NCBI GenBank assembly: GCA_013265495.1
Contig: MU058463.1
Coordinates: 2,937,523-3,001,522 of the forward strand
Reading direction: 5' to 3'
Length of the DNA stretch: 64,000 nucleotides
Origin: Vicugna vicugna
Lineage: Eukaryota
Below, one piece after another: positions 38,375-51,744 of the stretch (within the stretch, counting starts at the first letter, position 1; each line of letters opens with the position of its first letter). Below the pieces are notes generated by a model, which had not been told where the DNA came from, ran no database searches, and saw only the letters and a list, made by a program, of their open reading frames with translations. Position numbers and translations under genes: made by a program.

Positions 38375-38558
38375 TCAGTCAGACCTGAGTTTCAGCCTCT
38401 TTGCCTGCCGCTTCCTAGACGTGAGACTTCAGGCAAATAATGACCCTTCTGTGCCCTCAGTTTCTCATCTGCAAAATGGGAATAATAATAGTACCTGCAG
38501 GAGAAGATTACATGAAATGATCCCTGGTTCAAAAAAACTTAGAATAAATGATAGCTCT
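38375..38558 (+). mobile_element. MIR SINE
   Basis: agtcagacctgagtt...ctcagtttctcatctgcaaaatgggaataataatagtacct. Confidence 0.8.
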
Positions 38559-38755
<197 letters not shown>

Positions 38756-40434
38756 CAGTCTAACTAAGATCATACTGCTAGTTTGTAGCCCTTCCAGCAC
38801 TGGTGCTGGAACCCTGGACTCTTTAATCAGATCAATTCTTCTTCCTCCCTGTTTCAACCCAGGATAGATTTATACTTTTGATACCAATTTTTAATACCAA
38901 CCTGTAAAATGTTTATAGCTGATCCATAAAAACAGGCTAAAAGTATTATATTACTAATTTCGGCTTTTATTAAATGACTCAGTTGTTGCTTTAGAATAGG
39001 CTGTGTTTGCTAGTTTGCAGTTGATCACGTTAACATTCAATCAACTCTAGCAAATATCTGTTTCTACATATGTTATCAACCATTAACTGAAAAAAAAATC
39101 ATGTTTTTTCATTCTATTCTTCATTTTTATGCAACATGTCAGCTTGATTCATCACATAATTCTCTAAGAGTTTGTTATTCCAAAATTGTGTTTTTCCCTT
39201 TGAGGACAAGAGCAAGTTAAATAATGACCTGTTCTGATGAAAGCAGTTGGAGAAAAGTGAGTACTGATGTTGTCATTTGCAGAAGGAAAACCTTGCTGAT
39301 ATTTGCAAAACAAATCCTAACTTTACAAATAATTTATCCTTGCATATTCTTTACTTTTTGGAGGGAGAATATCAGCCTTAACCCTAAAATTAAATCCATG
39401 GAAATCATAGTTTTTTAATGAGTGTAATTTTTTCTCCGTGAAATTTATTGATGAATAAAATAAAATCGTGAACAAAGAATCACTATTTTTTCCCATAAAA
39501 TATAATGTTAACATTTCTCTTTACTGCTTTCCAAAAACTTTTAAGTCTGAAGAGTCCTAAAGACCTCTTTTGTAAAGAAACAAGACTCAAAATAAAATTT
39601 TAAGGTTCACTGTGTGTATATGCATGAGTGATTATTGTATAAGGATATTAATAATAAATTACAGAGACTTATAAATAAGTTATCTGCGGTAAACTAAACC
39701 AGGACTTCTAATTTCCTCTTTTACTTTGCATACATTGAGCTATTATTTAACTTTAAGCTGTTAAGTAATTAACTACAGATGTTTTTGAAATTTTATGGGT
39801 CTCCTCTGGAGATAAGCAAAACCAGATATCTGTTGTAGAAGATATAGCCTTTATTTTATGACCAGTTATTTAGGGAGTTGCTTGGTTGTTTGTTAAAAAT
39901 TACCTTAGGAATATATGTTCATGTCAAGCAGGCGTATCATAATTCTATTCAAAACTCAAACGGAATAATGTGAAAGCCCTTAATTTTAAAAATCAAGGCA
40001 AACTGCATGTAAATCACACCAGATCTTCAAATAGTTTTCAGAAATCATCAGACCTGAAAAAGACCATTTACTTCACATAATTGAAATTGAAACTGCTCCA
40101 GTTAACCTGAGCCCCTCTTTTCCTCACTTGTTCGGATCGCCACATCCCTAGGAGAAAGCAAAAGCCCTCCTGACTCTAGCATCTCCTGTTAAATCACAAT
40201 TTTATGAAAATGTCTTAAGAAAGAGATAGAAAATATAAAATACCAGCATTATTTAAGTCCAACAACCTGATACCTATCAGGTCTGGTCTGACTCACATGT
40301 GTCATATTGTGCAGAGGAACCAATATTTATTGTTACACTTGGATTCCTTTATGAGACAGAGAGCTGCCAATTTTGTGGCAAATTGAGTGTGGCGAGGACT
40401 TGGATGGGGGCCAGCGTCCAAACAGGCACAGAAA

Positions 40435-40650
40435 ATGCCTTCTTACTGCAGTGAGAGGAGACTAGACAAACTTGCCTGCTTTCTGTCAGCTCTACGATAA
40501 TTAATTTCAACCATATTATCTGAATTAAAAAAGTGACATTTATTCCCTGGACTGATTTCCTGGAACCTTTCCAGTTTCTCTACCGTATTTGGGGGAAAAA
40601 AACCCCAAACTTGGCTACAATATGAACAAATCACTAAGAATGGATGCATT
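40435..40650 (-). mobile_element. Ancient CR1/L3-clade LINE ORF2 remnant
   Basis: Minus-strand translation YCSQVWG...VEKLERFQ...LLSLQ resembles the post-RT motif YCxQFW.P....I..LERVQRR...L.SL..RR of CR1-type LINEs. Confidence 0.55.
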
Positions 40651-41887
40651 ATAGGATGTAGATATTCCTGTAAAAGAGGACATCTTTAGAACATGATTTT
40701 AAAGCCATATTAGTTGAAAAGAAACTATCTGAGAGTGGACTCTAACGCTCCCCAGCACAGCTGGGGTGCCTTGTGATTGAGAGCAAAAAGAGTCGACTAT
40801 TAGCAGACCTTCTGGGCCTTCGAAATGACCCTCTGTCCCTCCCAGAAACCCATGTTTGTGTTTGATGATTGACGGTGGGGTCATATTATCTCCTGCTGTT
40901 CCCCCGCCCTCACTTCTGGGGATCTCAACACAGGAATCCTCAGTCAGGGCTCCATTGATTATCCTCAAAATTTCCTCTTGCTATTGACCAAAATAGGAAA
41001 AAAAAAATTGTGCCTCTGAATTATTCACAATGAAAATTTACACAGAAGAAATCGATATGCCACATCTGATATTAAAGACAAATTAAAACAGGCAGTAAGG
41101 AGGGGCTTGAGGCAGCCGCTACATACAGAGAAGAAGGCATTTTGGACATAAAGGAAAAGTGTTTTTTGCTTTTCAGAAAAAAAAGATGTTATAGCTGTCA
41201 GAGCTTTTCAGAATTAATAGCTTTATTAATGAGGGCATTAGGGCTTCCTGGCCAGATAGTTCCTTATAACTGTTCGAACTGTACTTGAGATGCCAGCTCT
41301 GTAATTTCTTCCTAATATTACCAGTCTTTTTAACTGAACAGTGACGTGCAGGGCCGGAGGGATACAATTGTGGGAAAAAGATCAGGTCAAAACCAGGAGA
41401 CTGACAAATAACCATGACCTGCACATGTCCTTTATAGGAGTTAGAAATTAAACAGACGGGAAAAAAGTGCCCATCATGGCTGTAAGAAACATACACCTAC
41501 TTCGTATATTAGAGACAGAAAACAAGGCTCGCGGAGGCTGTGAGGAACAGATGGGGGTGGGGAAGTGTAGGAAATCTCTGGCGTGGAAATGTCACCCAAT
41601 TTAACCTGGATTTCTGAGGAGAAAGGAATCTATTCAGCGTTACTTCAAAGGCATCGAGTTGGACAACTTGCAATTGTCTGGAAATCTGATTCCCTGGGCG
41701 AGCTCCATAGAACTTCAAATCTCCTTTCCCCCCGTTTTCCTTCATGAACTGGCGAGTTCAGTTCAAATTATTAAAGATAATTGTTTAGCGTCTCCATCTC
41801 ACTCTGTCTGTGAGATTTTAGTCTTAGTCACTCATCTGCTCTCTGCAGGAGGCAAATGACCCAGTAGTCCAGGAAACTGGAGACAGG

Positions 41888-42008
<121 letters not shown>

Positions 42009-42429
42009 CTCCCTGCCACTTGGAGAACAGGAGGCTTTACTAGGGAGACAGTAACAATCTCCCTTGACTCTTGGTTGAAATGTCACTCAATTAGGAGTCT
42101 TCCCCTGGACTGCCGAGTGGAGAGAGGCCATTCTCCTGGGGTGTTTCTCTTTTCCAGCCCAACTTCTGAGGGGTGGGCCCCTTAGCTGGGGATCTGTATC
42201 CTTCCTGTGAAATTAGCAGGGGCACTGAATATGGCAGGGCAGCGCTTGGATGACTGAAGACAGAACTTTTTCAACTTTTTTCATCTTTCTTCTCGGATTT
42301 TCTATTCTTCAATAATATCATGGTGTTAAAAAGCTATCTATTTTAAAAGGTTATAATTAAATGCATATATCTGTGAAATACATCACAGTCTGCCAGTTTC
42401 CCTTTGTCTTTTTTGATCTCTTAACAATG

Positions 42430-43570
42430 TAATGTCCCCGAGTTGGATCCTTGGAGGACCTCTTCTGTTTCTCTTCCTCTTGTTTGGACTCACTTGGTGA
42501 CCAACCAACTCACATGGCCTTAAATACCATCCGATGATCTACATGTTTTCCTATCTTTAGTTTGGACTTTCCCTCCAAACCCTAAACATGCAGGTCCAGT
42601 TGTTGACTTTTAACTTTTGCTCAGAGGTTTAACAGGCATATCAAACATAGCATTTTCCAAACTGAGCTTCTGCTCTTCCCTGTTCCTCCAAATGGTTTCT
42701 CAGCCTGTGGTCCCAGTGCCGAGTAAATGACAACTCTATCTTTCCAACTGTTCAAGACAAAAATTCCGGAAAGAGATGTTCCTCTTTCCTGTCTCACATC
42801 TAATTTCAGACAATTCTGTTTCAATCTAGAATCCAGGCAGTTTCAGACACCTTTTCTGCCAGGATCCTGATCTGAGTCACCAGGATCTCTTACTAGGTTT
42901 TTCCAGAGCTGACTCACTGGTCTCCCTCCTCGGCTTCTTCCCCTCAGCTGTGCTGCATTGACAGTGACTTTATTAAAGCATAAAACAGATCATGTAACTT
43001 GCCTGTTCAGATGGCTCCCCATCTTCAGTGGCTCCTCTTCTCAGCTAGGGTAAAAACCAAAGTCTTGACAGCAGTGTCAAGACTCTGCATGGCCTGATCA
43101 TCCTCTCTGTCACCTGTCCAACCTCAGCTCTTACTACTCTCCCTGTGGCTGCCTTTGTTCCAGATACACTGGCCTTCTTGCTGCCCTTTGTAATATTCTA
43201 GCCTGCTCCTGCCTCAGGGCCTTTACACTTGCTCTTTCCTTTTCCTGGAATGTCTTTTTTCCCCCTGATATCCTCATGACTGGCTTCTTTACTTTTACTC
43301 AAATGCCATTTCTCAATAAGACCTATTTTGATCATCATATTTAAAATCACCTCTTATGCAAGAGTTCTTGTCCTCCTTCCTACTTTTTCAAAATTGCACT
43401 TATAACTATCAGAGTACTATATATTTTATTTTATTATTTTCCGTGTATTTCTACTAGAATGCAATTTCCACAGGAACAGCAATTTTTTTCCTTGACTGTT
43501 ACATCCTCAGTTCTTACATATTACCTCCAACACAATAGGTCCTTGGGAAATATTTGTTGAATGAGTTCAT
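42430..43570 (+). mobile_element. L2 LINE (L2a-like), long 3' fragment
   Basis: ccttaaataccatc...caggcatatcaaacatagcat...cctgcctcagggcctttacacttgct...ctactagaatg...aaatatttgttgaatgag. Confidence 0.88.
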
Positions 43571-43579
43571 GGTGCTCCC

Positions 43580-43750
43580 ATATCTCTATGAGACAGACCA
43601 GGCAAGTATTATTGTTCCCATTTCACTGGGGGAGGAGACGCAGAGAAGAAAGCATTTAGAGGATAAATAATTTGTCCCAAGTAAACAGAAATTTTAGATG
43701 AGAGTCCAGTTCTCTCAGCTCCAAGTGCTGGGGCATTTCACTACACATGC
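43580..43750 (-). mobile_element. MIR SINE
   Basis: ctatgagacag...gtattattgttcccatttcac...aaataatttgtcccaag. Confidence 0.6.
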
Positions 43751-45162
43751 ATTTAATTTAGGAGAGGCTATATATCTGAAGATCTTGCTGAACTTTGGTG
43801 GGCGAGGGTTACAAAAAGACTTGGGTAGAGGAGGACACTAAAGTTATCAGTGGTCAGCTGGTTAAATTCTTTGGATCCAAAATTCGTTTTACAAGAGAAG
43901 AATCCTAAGTAAGCTCTCACTGCAGGGTGACAAGAAGGAAAATTAATCTACCAGAGCTGCTGTTTGCTCTTATAAAATACATCAGTCTTCATAATAATGG
44001 AAAATCCAAGAGGCAGCTTTGCTGATTGAATTGAAAGTCAATGGGAATCAAGGAATTGTCCATGTTGAATTATTAAGTCACTATTTCTAAATTAAGCCTT
44101 TTGGATGAGCAGCAAATGGGACTGCAGCTTGCACAAATGTGTGTTTTCCTCACTTCTCTACTAGCAGAAGTTACATTAGTTGGACGCCAGCACATCAATC
44201 AAAGACCCCAAAACAGGTGTGTGAAATGCCCATCCATCAAATGGGATCTTTGGCTACTCCACAGCAGAGTGATTTGGAACTCGTTCAATGGATAATGCAC
44301 AGGAAAAGGGGGAAGCTGTGTAGAGCTATTAGTCTGAATTCAAAAGAGCTTGGAAAATACAAATTGATGCTGGAATGAAAGCTGAAGATACACTCAGCAG
44401 TTTGCTTATTCTGATGTAGACTGCCAGTTTGAGAAATGGAAGAAATAATTCAGCAATGTGTGGAAAGGGCCTATTTTTTACAGTAAACTTTTAATTTTAG
44501 AACATTTATAGATCTACAGAAAAACTGCCAAGATACTATAGAGTTCCCTTCTGTTCTACACTTTTATCGTTAATACCCGATGTTAGTGAGGTACGTTTGT
44601 TACTATCAGTGAGCCATTATTGATATGTTATTTTTTTTCTTACTACTGTCCATATTTTATTTTGATTTTCTATGTTTTTGCCTAATGTTCTTTTCTGTTG
44701 TAGGATCCCGTCTGGGCCACATTACATTTAGTTATCTGGTCTCCTTAGGCTCCTATTGTCTGTGACAGTTTCTCAGATTTTCCTTGTTTTTGATGACCTT
44801 GACAGTTTTTGGAAGTACTGGTCAGGTGGTTTGTAGAATGTCCCTCAACTGGGGTTTTTCATGATTAGATGGGGGTAATGTATTTTTGGGAGGAAGACTA
44901 TAGAGGTAAAATGTCATTCTCATCATATATAACCACGTATAAACTATTATCAATGTGACTCATTACTGTTGGTGTTAACCTTGATCACTTAACTGGAGGA
45001 ACATTTATCAGATTTTTCACCTATAAGGTGACTTTTTCCCCTTTTCCGTACTGTACTCTTTGGAGGGAAGATTTTTCTTGGCAACCTCCTCTTAAAGAAC
45101 AGGCAGTTACCAGAGTTAAATTATTTGGAATTCTCCTGCATGGAAGATTTGTCTTTTCTCCT

Positions 45163-45217
<55 letters not shown>

Positions 45218-45253
45218 CCTATCTATCTATCTATCTACCTATCTATCTATCTA
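45163..45253. repeat. (CTAT)n tetranucleotide repeat
   Basis: tatctatctatc... with ctac interruptions. Confidence 0.97.
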
Positions 45254-45693
45254 CATATTTATCCATTCATTCAGTATGGACTCATAGCTACTTATTTTTT
45301 ACTCTGCATTATAATCCAATACTACTTTATTTTTTTGCTCAATATTTTCCGGTCTTCATTATTAAGAGCTCTTTCAATTGGTTCCTGTGTTCCTTTGACA
45401 TACTCCCCCCCCCCATTCCTCATAAATGTGGCTATATGTATAGAAATATATATCTTGTTCTTGGTTTCTTTTATTGGAAAATGATAATAGAAGCTAAGAT
45501 CTGGGTTCTAAGTATGCTCATTGTTACTGGATATAGTTGATTCTAGATGGTCTCAGTTGACAGGGTAAGGAAAGATACGTGTGTGTGTATATACATACAT
45601 ACATATGCATGGAACTGTCTGTTCAATATTTAAGCTAAATGTGTATTTATACTCATGTATCTAACTCCAATCTGTTACCACATGGATTATTCT

Positions 45694-45816
45694 TTTTTAT
45701 TTTGTTGGGGGGAGGTAACTAGGTTTATTTATTTTTAAAGGAGGTACTGGGGATTGAATCCAGGACCTTGTGAATGCTAAGCATGTGCTCTACCACTTGA
45801 GATCCACCTTCCCCCT
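45694..45816 (-). mobile_element. tRNA-derived SINE (Vic-1-like, camelid) with perfect 15-bp TSD
   Basis: gaggtactggggattgaatccaggacct...gctctaccacttgag carries A/B boxes on the minus strand; TSD cacatggattattct at 45679-45693 and 45817-45831. Confidence 0.9.
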
Positions 45817-47910
45817 CACATGGATTATTCTAGTCTCCTCTTCTTGCTTATGTGTAACTTTCCATTCCAACAGTGAGAATCTGGCTCTCACTAGTCACAA
45901 TTTACCTAATTGTTCAATTTCAGTATACATGCCTAGTGGTTCCAGAATTGTTAACCTATACCCTTGTGGGAAACAACTTTATCAACTACAGTACAGTGCT
46001 TACATGTAGTGGGTCTTTTTTTCACTTAGTCTTACAGACTCTATTCACTTGGAAGTTATTCAATATACTGGTAATATACTTAGATCCTTTGTCACATTTC
46101 TATCTCATCCTGGCACCTTCCAACCTCTTGGATGATCATTTTAAAGTTGTATCAGTAAGGTCTATTCTTAATGCTGTAACATTCTATGGGATTGGACAAG
46201 TGCATAGTATCATGAATTCATTGTTACCACACAGGAAGAATAGTTTCACTATCCAAATAGCTGAATAGTTTCATCAATTCAATCCTCACACCTCCCACCC
46301 CAATCCTTGGTAACCTAATTTCTTTACCATCTCTACAGTATTGCTTTTTACAGCATGTTATAAAATCAGAATCATACAGTATATGGCCTGAAAGACTGCT
46401 TACTTCACTTTGTAATATGGGTTTAACATTCTTCCATGTCTTTATATGGTTAGATAGCTCGTTATTATCATTATTCTCTACTGCTGAATATATTCTGTTG
46501 TGTGGATGTACCACAATTTGTGTACCTACTCATCTATTGAAAGACATCTTGGTTGCTTCCAGTTTTGTATGATTATGACAAAACTCTAATATAAACATTT
46601 GTGTGCAGGCTGTTATGGAAGCATCAGTTTTCAAATCAGCTCAGTAAATACCTAGGAGTGTGATTGCTGGATCATATGTTAAGACTATGCTTAGCTTTGT
46701 AAGAAACTGACAGACTCTCTTCCACAGTGGTTGGACCATCTTGCATGCCCATCAACAATGAATGAGAGCTCCCGTAGCTTGGTATCCTTGCCAGAAATTG
46801 GTGTTGTCAGGTTTTTGGATGTTAGCCATCCTAAAAGGTGTTTAGTGGCCTCTCGTTGTTTTAATTTGCATTTCCCCAGTGGCAAATCAAGTGGAGCATC
46901 TTTTCCCATGCTTATTGGGAAAAGGCCTCTTTTGAAGAGTCCCCAAACCCCTTACATGATGTGAACTGGCTTTCCTGTGTCAGGAGTTTATTACTATTCA
47001 GTCTAAACTTCCAGAGGTTGAGAGGAGGAAAATTTTAGATAAAAGTTTTCTCCCTTACAATTTCAAAATGGCTGAAAATGGTTCTGCTGTTTTTACAAAA
47101 TAGATAACCAGGAGATGGCAATGTCCTTTCTGACCATGAGCCTATTCTTTGCATAATTATTTATAATGAACTTGATTTGTGTTCCAGATAATATTTAAAA
47201 TTTTTTAAATAAAGAGTATGATTTTTCAATGACTTTCCCCAAATGTTTTAGACAACTCTGCCTCATCTCTGACTAGCCTTTATCCTCTGATTAAAGGGCA
47301 CTGGACAATTGCAAGGACCACCTCATAGACTTTCAATGCTCCTGGCTTTAATATTCTGTGCTAGATTCACAGAACTCTTTTACCGATGCTAAGCATTCAA
47401 TCCTGAAGGCTCTACTTCATCATCAGGTAATTAGTATTTTCATTAACTTGCTTATTGTCAAGGAAAATGAGCCTTGATCATCTAATTTTTCCTCAATGAG
47501 TTGAATATTGTAATATATCTATAATTAATGTGCTTTATGCCACAACCGTGTAATGGAGTGGAAATCTGAGGCTGCTCCCAGCAGTCACTGTCAGTAAATG
47601 TTTGATGAATAAACAGAGACTTTCTAATGGGAAATGGTGGCGACTTTTATAAGCAGACACAATAAAGACTTTATTAACATACTTAAGAAGCATTCTGGGA
47701 AATAGAATTGAATGCATTATTACTGTAGGCTCCTTTTGTGAAAAGTAAATTTTACTGTCCCCATAACAAATGTTTACTTGTTTGATGCAAGTTGTAGTAT
47801 CAGTATTTTATGGCGTATTCTACAATTTAATGCAATGAGGCTTAAATTAGCTACATATTCCTTATGGATTTGAGATTGTGAAGAAAAAAATGTAGCAACA
47901 GTTTTTTCTG

Positions 47911-48138
47911 TTAATCATTTGCAAACCTTGGTTTACAGGGAGAGGAAACAGTGCACCTATTTCAGGATTTTTAAGAGCCCAAGTATTTATGCTAGCTTGT
48001 AAGGAGAGGAAATAAATATGGGTATGTTTTAGTTCCACATATTAAGAGTGCAGTTTTAAAGATAGATCTAAAAAACAAATTGTGGAGGGGGGACAAACGG
48101 ATTAAATTTTAGAGAATATATTCACATGCTTTAATGCA
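47911..48138 (+). repeat. Left arm of a ~230-bp inverted duplication
   Basis: Reverse complement of 49122-49358; aggaaacagtgcacctatttcaggattt is an exact reverse-complement match. Confidence 0.93.
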
Positions 48139-48689
48139 GGATCCAAACATGTGCATTTCATCATATCAACGTATTTTTCTCTGTCAAACCACAGTTTGAC
48201 TTAAGAATTACCCTTCCTTCAATTATTTGTGAAATAGAATTGGAAGGCAGAAGGGAGTCTGTCTGTTGTTCTGCCTTCAGTCTAAAGATGAGGGCTCTGC
48301 AATGGGAAGCTTTAAAATCACTTTCCCATGGTTTGTAGCTAGGAAGTGGCATCAGGAGAACTCGAACCCAGGTGACCTCCCTTGTCTCCCTGCACACTCT
48401 CCAGTGGGTGTGGATTTGTAAGTGGTGAACCCTGCCATCACTGTCACTTGAACAACTCTCACAAAGCTGTCCCCACTACCAGGGGGAGGGCAGCCACCAT
48501 CTTATATGAATGTGTAAGAGTCATTCATTTCCAAGTCTGCCTTAGCTTGGCCCACCCCAGGTTATAAGCATTCTTTAAACATGAAGGGAAGAGAAAATTA
48601 ATTTGGGCAAGGAGTAGCACGGGTAACATTATAACCCAGGCAAAAAGGGAACCAATCTGTCCTCTACACTGTAGACCACATGGGTTTCC

Positions 48690-49121
48690 CAGGAATGAAA
48701 ATTGGATCACGTCATCTCAATGCTCAAGACCCAGTGGCTTCCCATTGTCCCACAGCGTCCCCTCCCCCACCTCCTTTGCACAGTCACGGGCCTGATTTCA
48801 GCTCCTCAAATGCATGTCTGCTCTCACCACAGGGCCTTGTTCCATGCTCTTTTTCAACCATCTCATACTCATCCTCCAGAATTTGGCTCAGCTATCACTT
48901 TCTTAGGAAAGCCTTCTCTAAGACAACTTTTCTTCTATATACTTGTAGAGCTGTGTACTGGGTTCTCTTCTTAGAGCACCTGACCACATCTATGTGCTTA
49001 TTTGAATAAGTGAATCTCCCACTAACTGGAAAGTTATTTGAGCTGGATTTGTATTTATTTATTCTTACCATTATGTTCCTAGCACCTATCATGGTACCTG
49101 GTGCATAATAAACACTCAGAA
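48690..49121 (+). mobile_element. L2 3' fragment
   Basis: tgctcaagacccagtggcttcccattg...cacagggcctt...cctagcacctatcatggtacctggtgcataataaacactca. Confidence 0.75.
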
Positions 49122-49358
49122 AGTGCATTAGAACCTGGGGATGTATACTCTAAAACTGTATCCTATTTGCCTTTTTTTTTTTTTGACCTATCGTTTAAAA
49201 CTGCACTCTTTATAGGTGGAACCAAAACACACCCTAATTTACTTTCCTCTTTTTACTAGTTAGCATAAATACCTTGAAATCTGTGTTTGGGCTCTTAGAA
49301 ATCCTGAAATAGGTGCACTGTTTCCTTTTCGTGTAAAACAAGGTTTCCAAATGATTAA
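49122..49358 (-). repeat. Right arm of the inverted duplication
   Basis: tttaaaactgcactctt...aaatcctgaaataggtgcactgtttcct...aaggtttccaaatgattaa. Confidence 0.93.
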
Positions 49359-50052
49359 ATAAATGTATTTACACATCAAGTATGGAAATAAAGTCATTCC
49401 TCTCATAGGCAGGGTGTTTAAGTTACCAAGATGTTTACAGTCTTCAGGCTACTGCTAAGTATAGTGTTTATGAATGAGAAGAGGTTATAATCACATCAGA
49501 TCCTCTCATATATGAGTGAGAAACTATTTAGAAGAAGATGTGATGTGAACAAGGGTTGCTGACAGTGGGGAAGAATCGGTTGCCTCTTCAAAGGCTTATG
49601 AACAGTTGGGACTTTTTTCAGAGCAAGATGCTCTGGGCCAGTTAATTAGCATGCTTTCATTTTGAGCTCCAGATGCTTACTTCCAGTGGCCTCCTAGACG
49701 CCCATCTGTCCATGTGTACATTCTGCAAGCAACCCCAATTCATTGCCTTCCCTCTCAAACCTGGCCCTTCTCTTTGTAATACACAAATTAATCTCTACTC
49801 CTTCTCCCGCCTTAGCTCCCAACTCCAATCTATTAAAAAAAGTTCTCCTAAGCATCTCCCTGCACCATTCCCTCCGTTCTATCCTGCCATCAGTGATCCA
49901 CTTTTCAACCACCTTTAGCAAAGGCTGTTGCCTCAGCTTTTCAAGTGGTCTCTGCTGACAGTGACTGTCCTTACCAATTTATCTTCTATTAATCCATCAT
50001 CAGAGTTTTTCTTTCAAAAATAAAACCTAAGCATGCCTTTCCCTTATTTAAA

Positions 50053-50358
50053 GTTCTTCTTCTCCTTCTTCTTCTTCTTCTTCTTCTTCTTCTTCTTCTC
50101 CTTCTCCTTCTCCTCCTCCTCCTCCTCCTCCTCCTCCTCCTCCTCCTCCTCCTCCTCCTCCTCCTCCTCCTCCTCCTCCTCCTCCTCCTCCTCCTCCTCC
50201 TCCTCCTCCTCCTCCTCCTCCTCCTCCTCCCTCTCCCCCCTCCTCCTTCTTTTTCTTCTTCTTCTTCTTCTCCTTCTCCTTCTCCTTCTCCTCCTCCTCC
50301 TCCTCCTCCCCCTCCCCCCTCCTCCTTCTTTTTCTTCTTCTTCTTCTTCTTTCTTTTT
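50053..50358. repeat. Compound (CTT)/(CCT) polypyrimidine repeat, ~300 bp, inside an L2 remnant
   Basis: Pure C/T strand with about 40 consecutive CCT units; explains the poly-S/R/G/E ORFs. Confidence 0.97.
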
Positions 50359-51516
50359 TTGTTTGAAGGGATAGAAAATGGGTAGTTATGGCCTCCAGCA
50401 AAAAGTTTGTATTCTTTAGGACTGCAAGTAAGGTTTTTCACAATCTCATCATGACTTATCTTTCCAGCTTCAGCAATCATCTGTCTGGATGCACACCCTG
50501 AACCCCAGTCATTTAGAACTTTTCTTCTTGTCTTTCACAAGACACGATCTTTCACTTTCAGGACTCAGGAAACATTCTTGCTTAAAACCCTCCATTAACA
50601 CCCCTAAGCTATCAGAATTAAATAGATCTAGAGAAACTTTTTTTTTTTTTTTTGGTGAAGATTATACTCAATAGTGATGAAACAGTCTAGGTTTTTGGTC
50701 TTTTGAAATAAAGGGCTAAAATACAAAATAAAACTGCTTTATAGTTTCTGAACTCTTAAACTTGAGTATAATTCCAGGATAGGGCATAAGCAGTATAATA
50801 AGGTGACAGGGTTAGTTAGCAATTTCAAATACAAAATACTTATCCAGATTAATGTCCTTTACCTTTGATGCCCTTAAAATAGCAAAGCAGCACTTTGAAG
50901 ACTTGGCATTATGTATAGGAGACTTTGAGTCAGACAGTCTATGTTAGAAGTCTTCCTCCCACTGTCTCTTGCTTTTGACCCAGGTCAGGTTGCTGTTTTC
51001 TTAATCTAAGTTTTCTCATTTGTGTATTTGGGTAACAGTAACTAAAGTGGGTGTGTTTTCAGGGTCAATTTTGAGGAATAAAGTGCCTTATAAATGAATT
51101 CAATCGTATTAGGTGTTTGAAGTATCTCTTTTGACTTTTCTCATCTGTTCTAAATTCCAGACAATAATTCATCTTATTTTTAGGAAGGTTCAGTCTGGTT
51201 TTTGATAGATGTGGCATGAATCAAATGGATGTGATCATGAGATTTTCTGAGTTGTATTGAAAGAAGTTTATAAACATCACGTCAAACAACTGAAAGTGAG
51301 AGCTTCCTTCCTTTGGATGTGTTTTAATCTTGGTCTGAGTTTTACTGTCTTATTAATTCTTTATCACATTTTGGTCAAGATAATCTGAGTATTACTTGCA
51401 TCTTTACTGCATTTCCAATGTGTCTTACGTGTCTTTTGCATATTCTATAAAACCAAAGTAGAGCTTAGCTTGGTTGAACATACAGAAACTGAACCAGATG
51501 GAAACACTACAAAAAT

Positions 51517-51604
51517 ATTAATTGCTGGGTTAAAGATAAGATACTTGCATTTCTTTTCCCATAACTATTAATTGCTGGGTTAAGGATAAGGTATTTGCAT
51601 TTTT
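51517..51604 (+). repeat. Two-copy tandem duplication, ~49-bp period
   Basis: tattaattgctgggttaaagataagatacttgcattt / tattaattgctgggttaaggataaggtatttgcattt. Confidence 0.9.
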
Positions 51605-51744
51605 GTTTTATTTCTTTCCATATTCAATGAGTATATGTTTATATATGCATGTTCATGGGCACAATTTGAGAGGAAATACAGAAAATGAAGACTTTAAAGG
51701 GTTCATTAACTTGGGTAGCACATGGCTTATGGTAGTTTATTTTT

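Larger units (their letters stand above)
44475..46915 (-). mobile_element. Old L1 (L1MC/L1MB-type) 3' UTR plus ORF2 end, interrupted by (CTAT)n and a SINE
   Basis: aaactttttaattttagaac...cagaaaaactgccaagatactatagagttccc; ggatgtaccacaatttg...gacatcttggttgcttccagtttt...aaatacctaggagtgtgattgctggatcatatg...ttttaatttgcatttccc; ORF 46691-46909 is decayed ORF2. Confidence 0.9.

Noticed and set aside
45028..45540. 170-aa ORF with LSIY repeats
   Set aside because: Antisense L1 3' UTR plus the (CTAT)n repeat.
47911..49358. piggyBac-like transposon interpretation (TTAA at both outer ends of the inverted repeat)
   Set aside because: The arms do not begin with the CCC/CCY piggyBac terminus, TTAA is itself part of the inverted match, and the interior is old MIR/L2 sequence with no transposase.
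49989..50480. Poly-R/G/S/E ORFs
   Set aside because: Translations of the CTT/CCT repeat.
51517..51604. CRISPR-like repeat-spacer
   Set aside because: Only two imperfect copies with a ~12-bp gap, in mammalian DNA with no cas genes; a simple tandem duplication.
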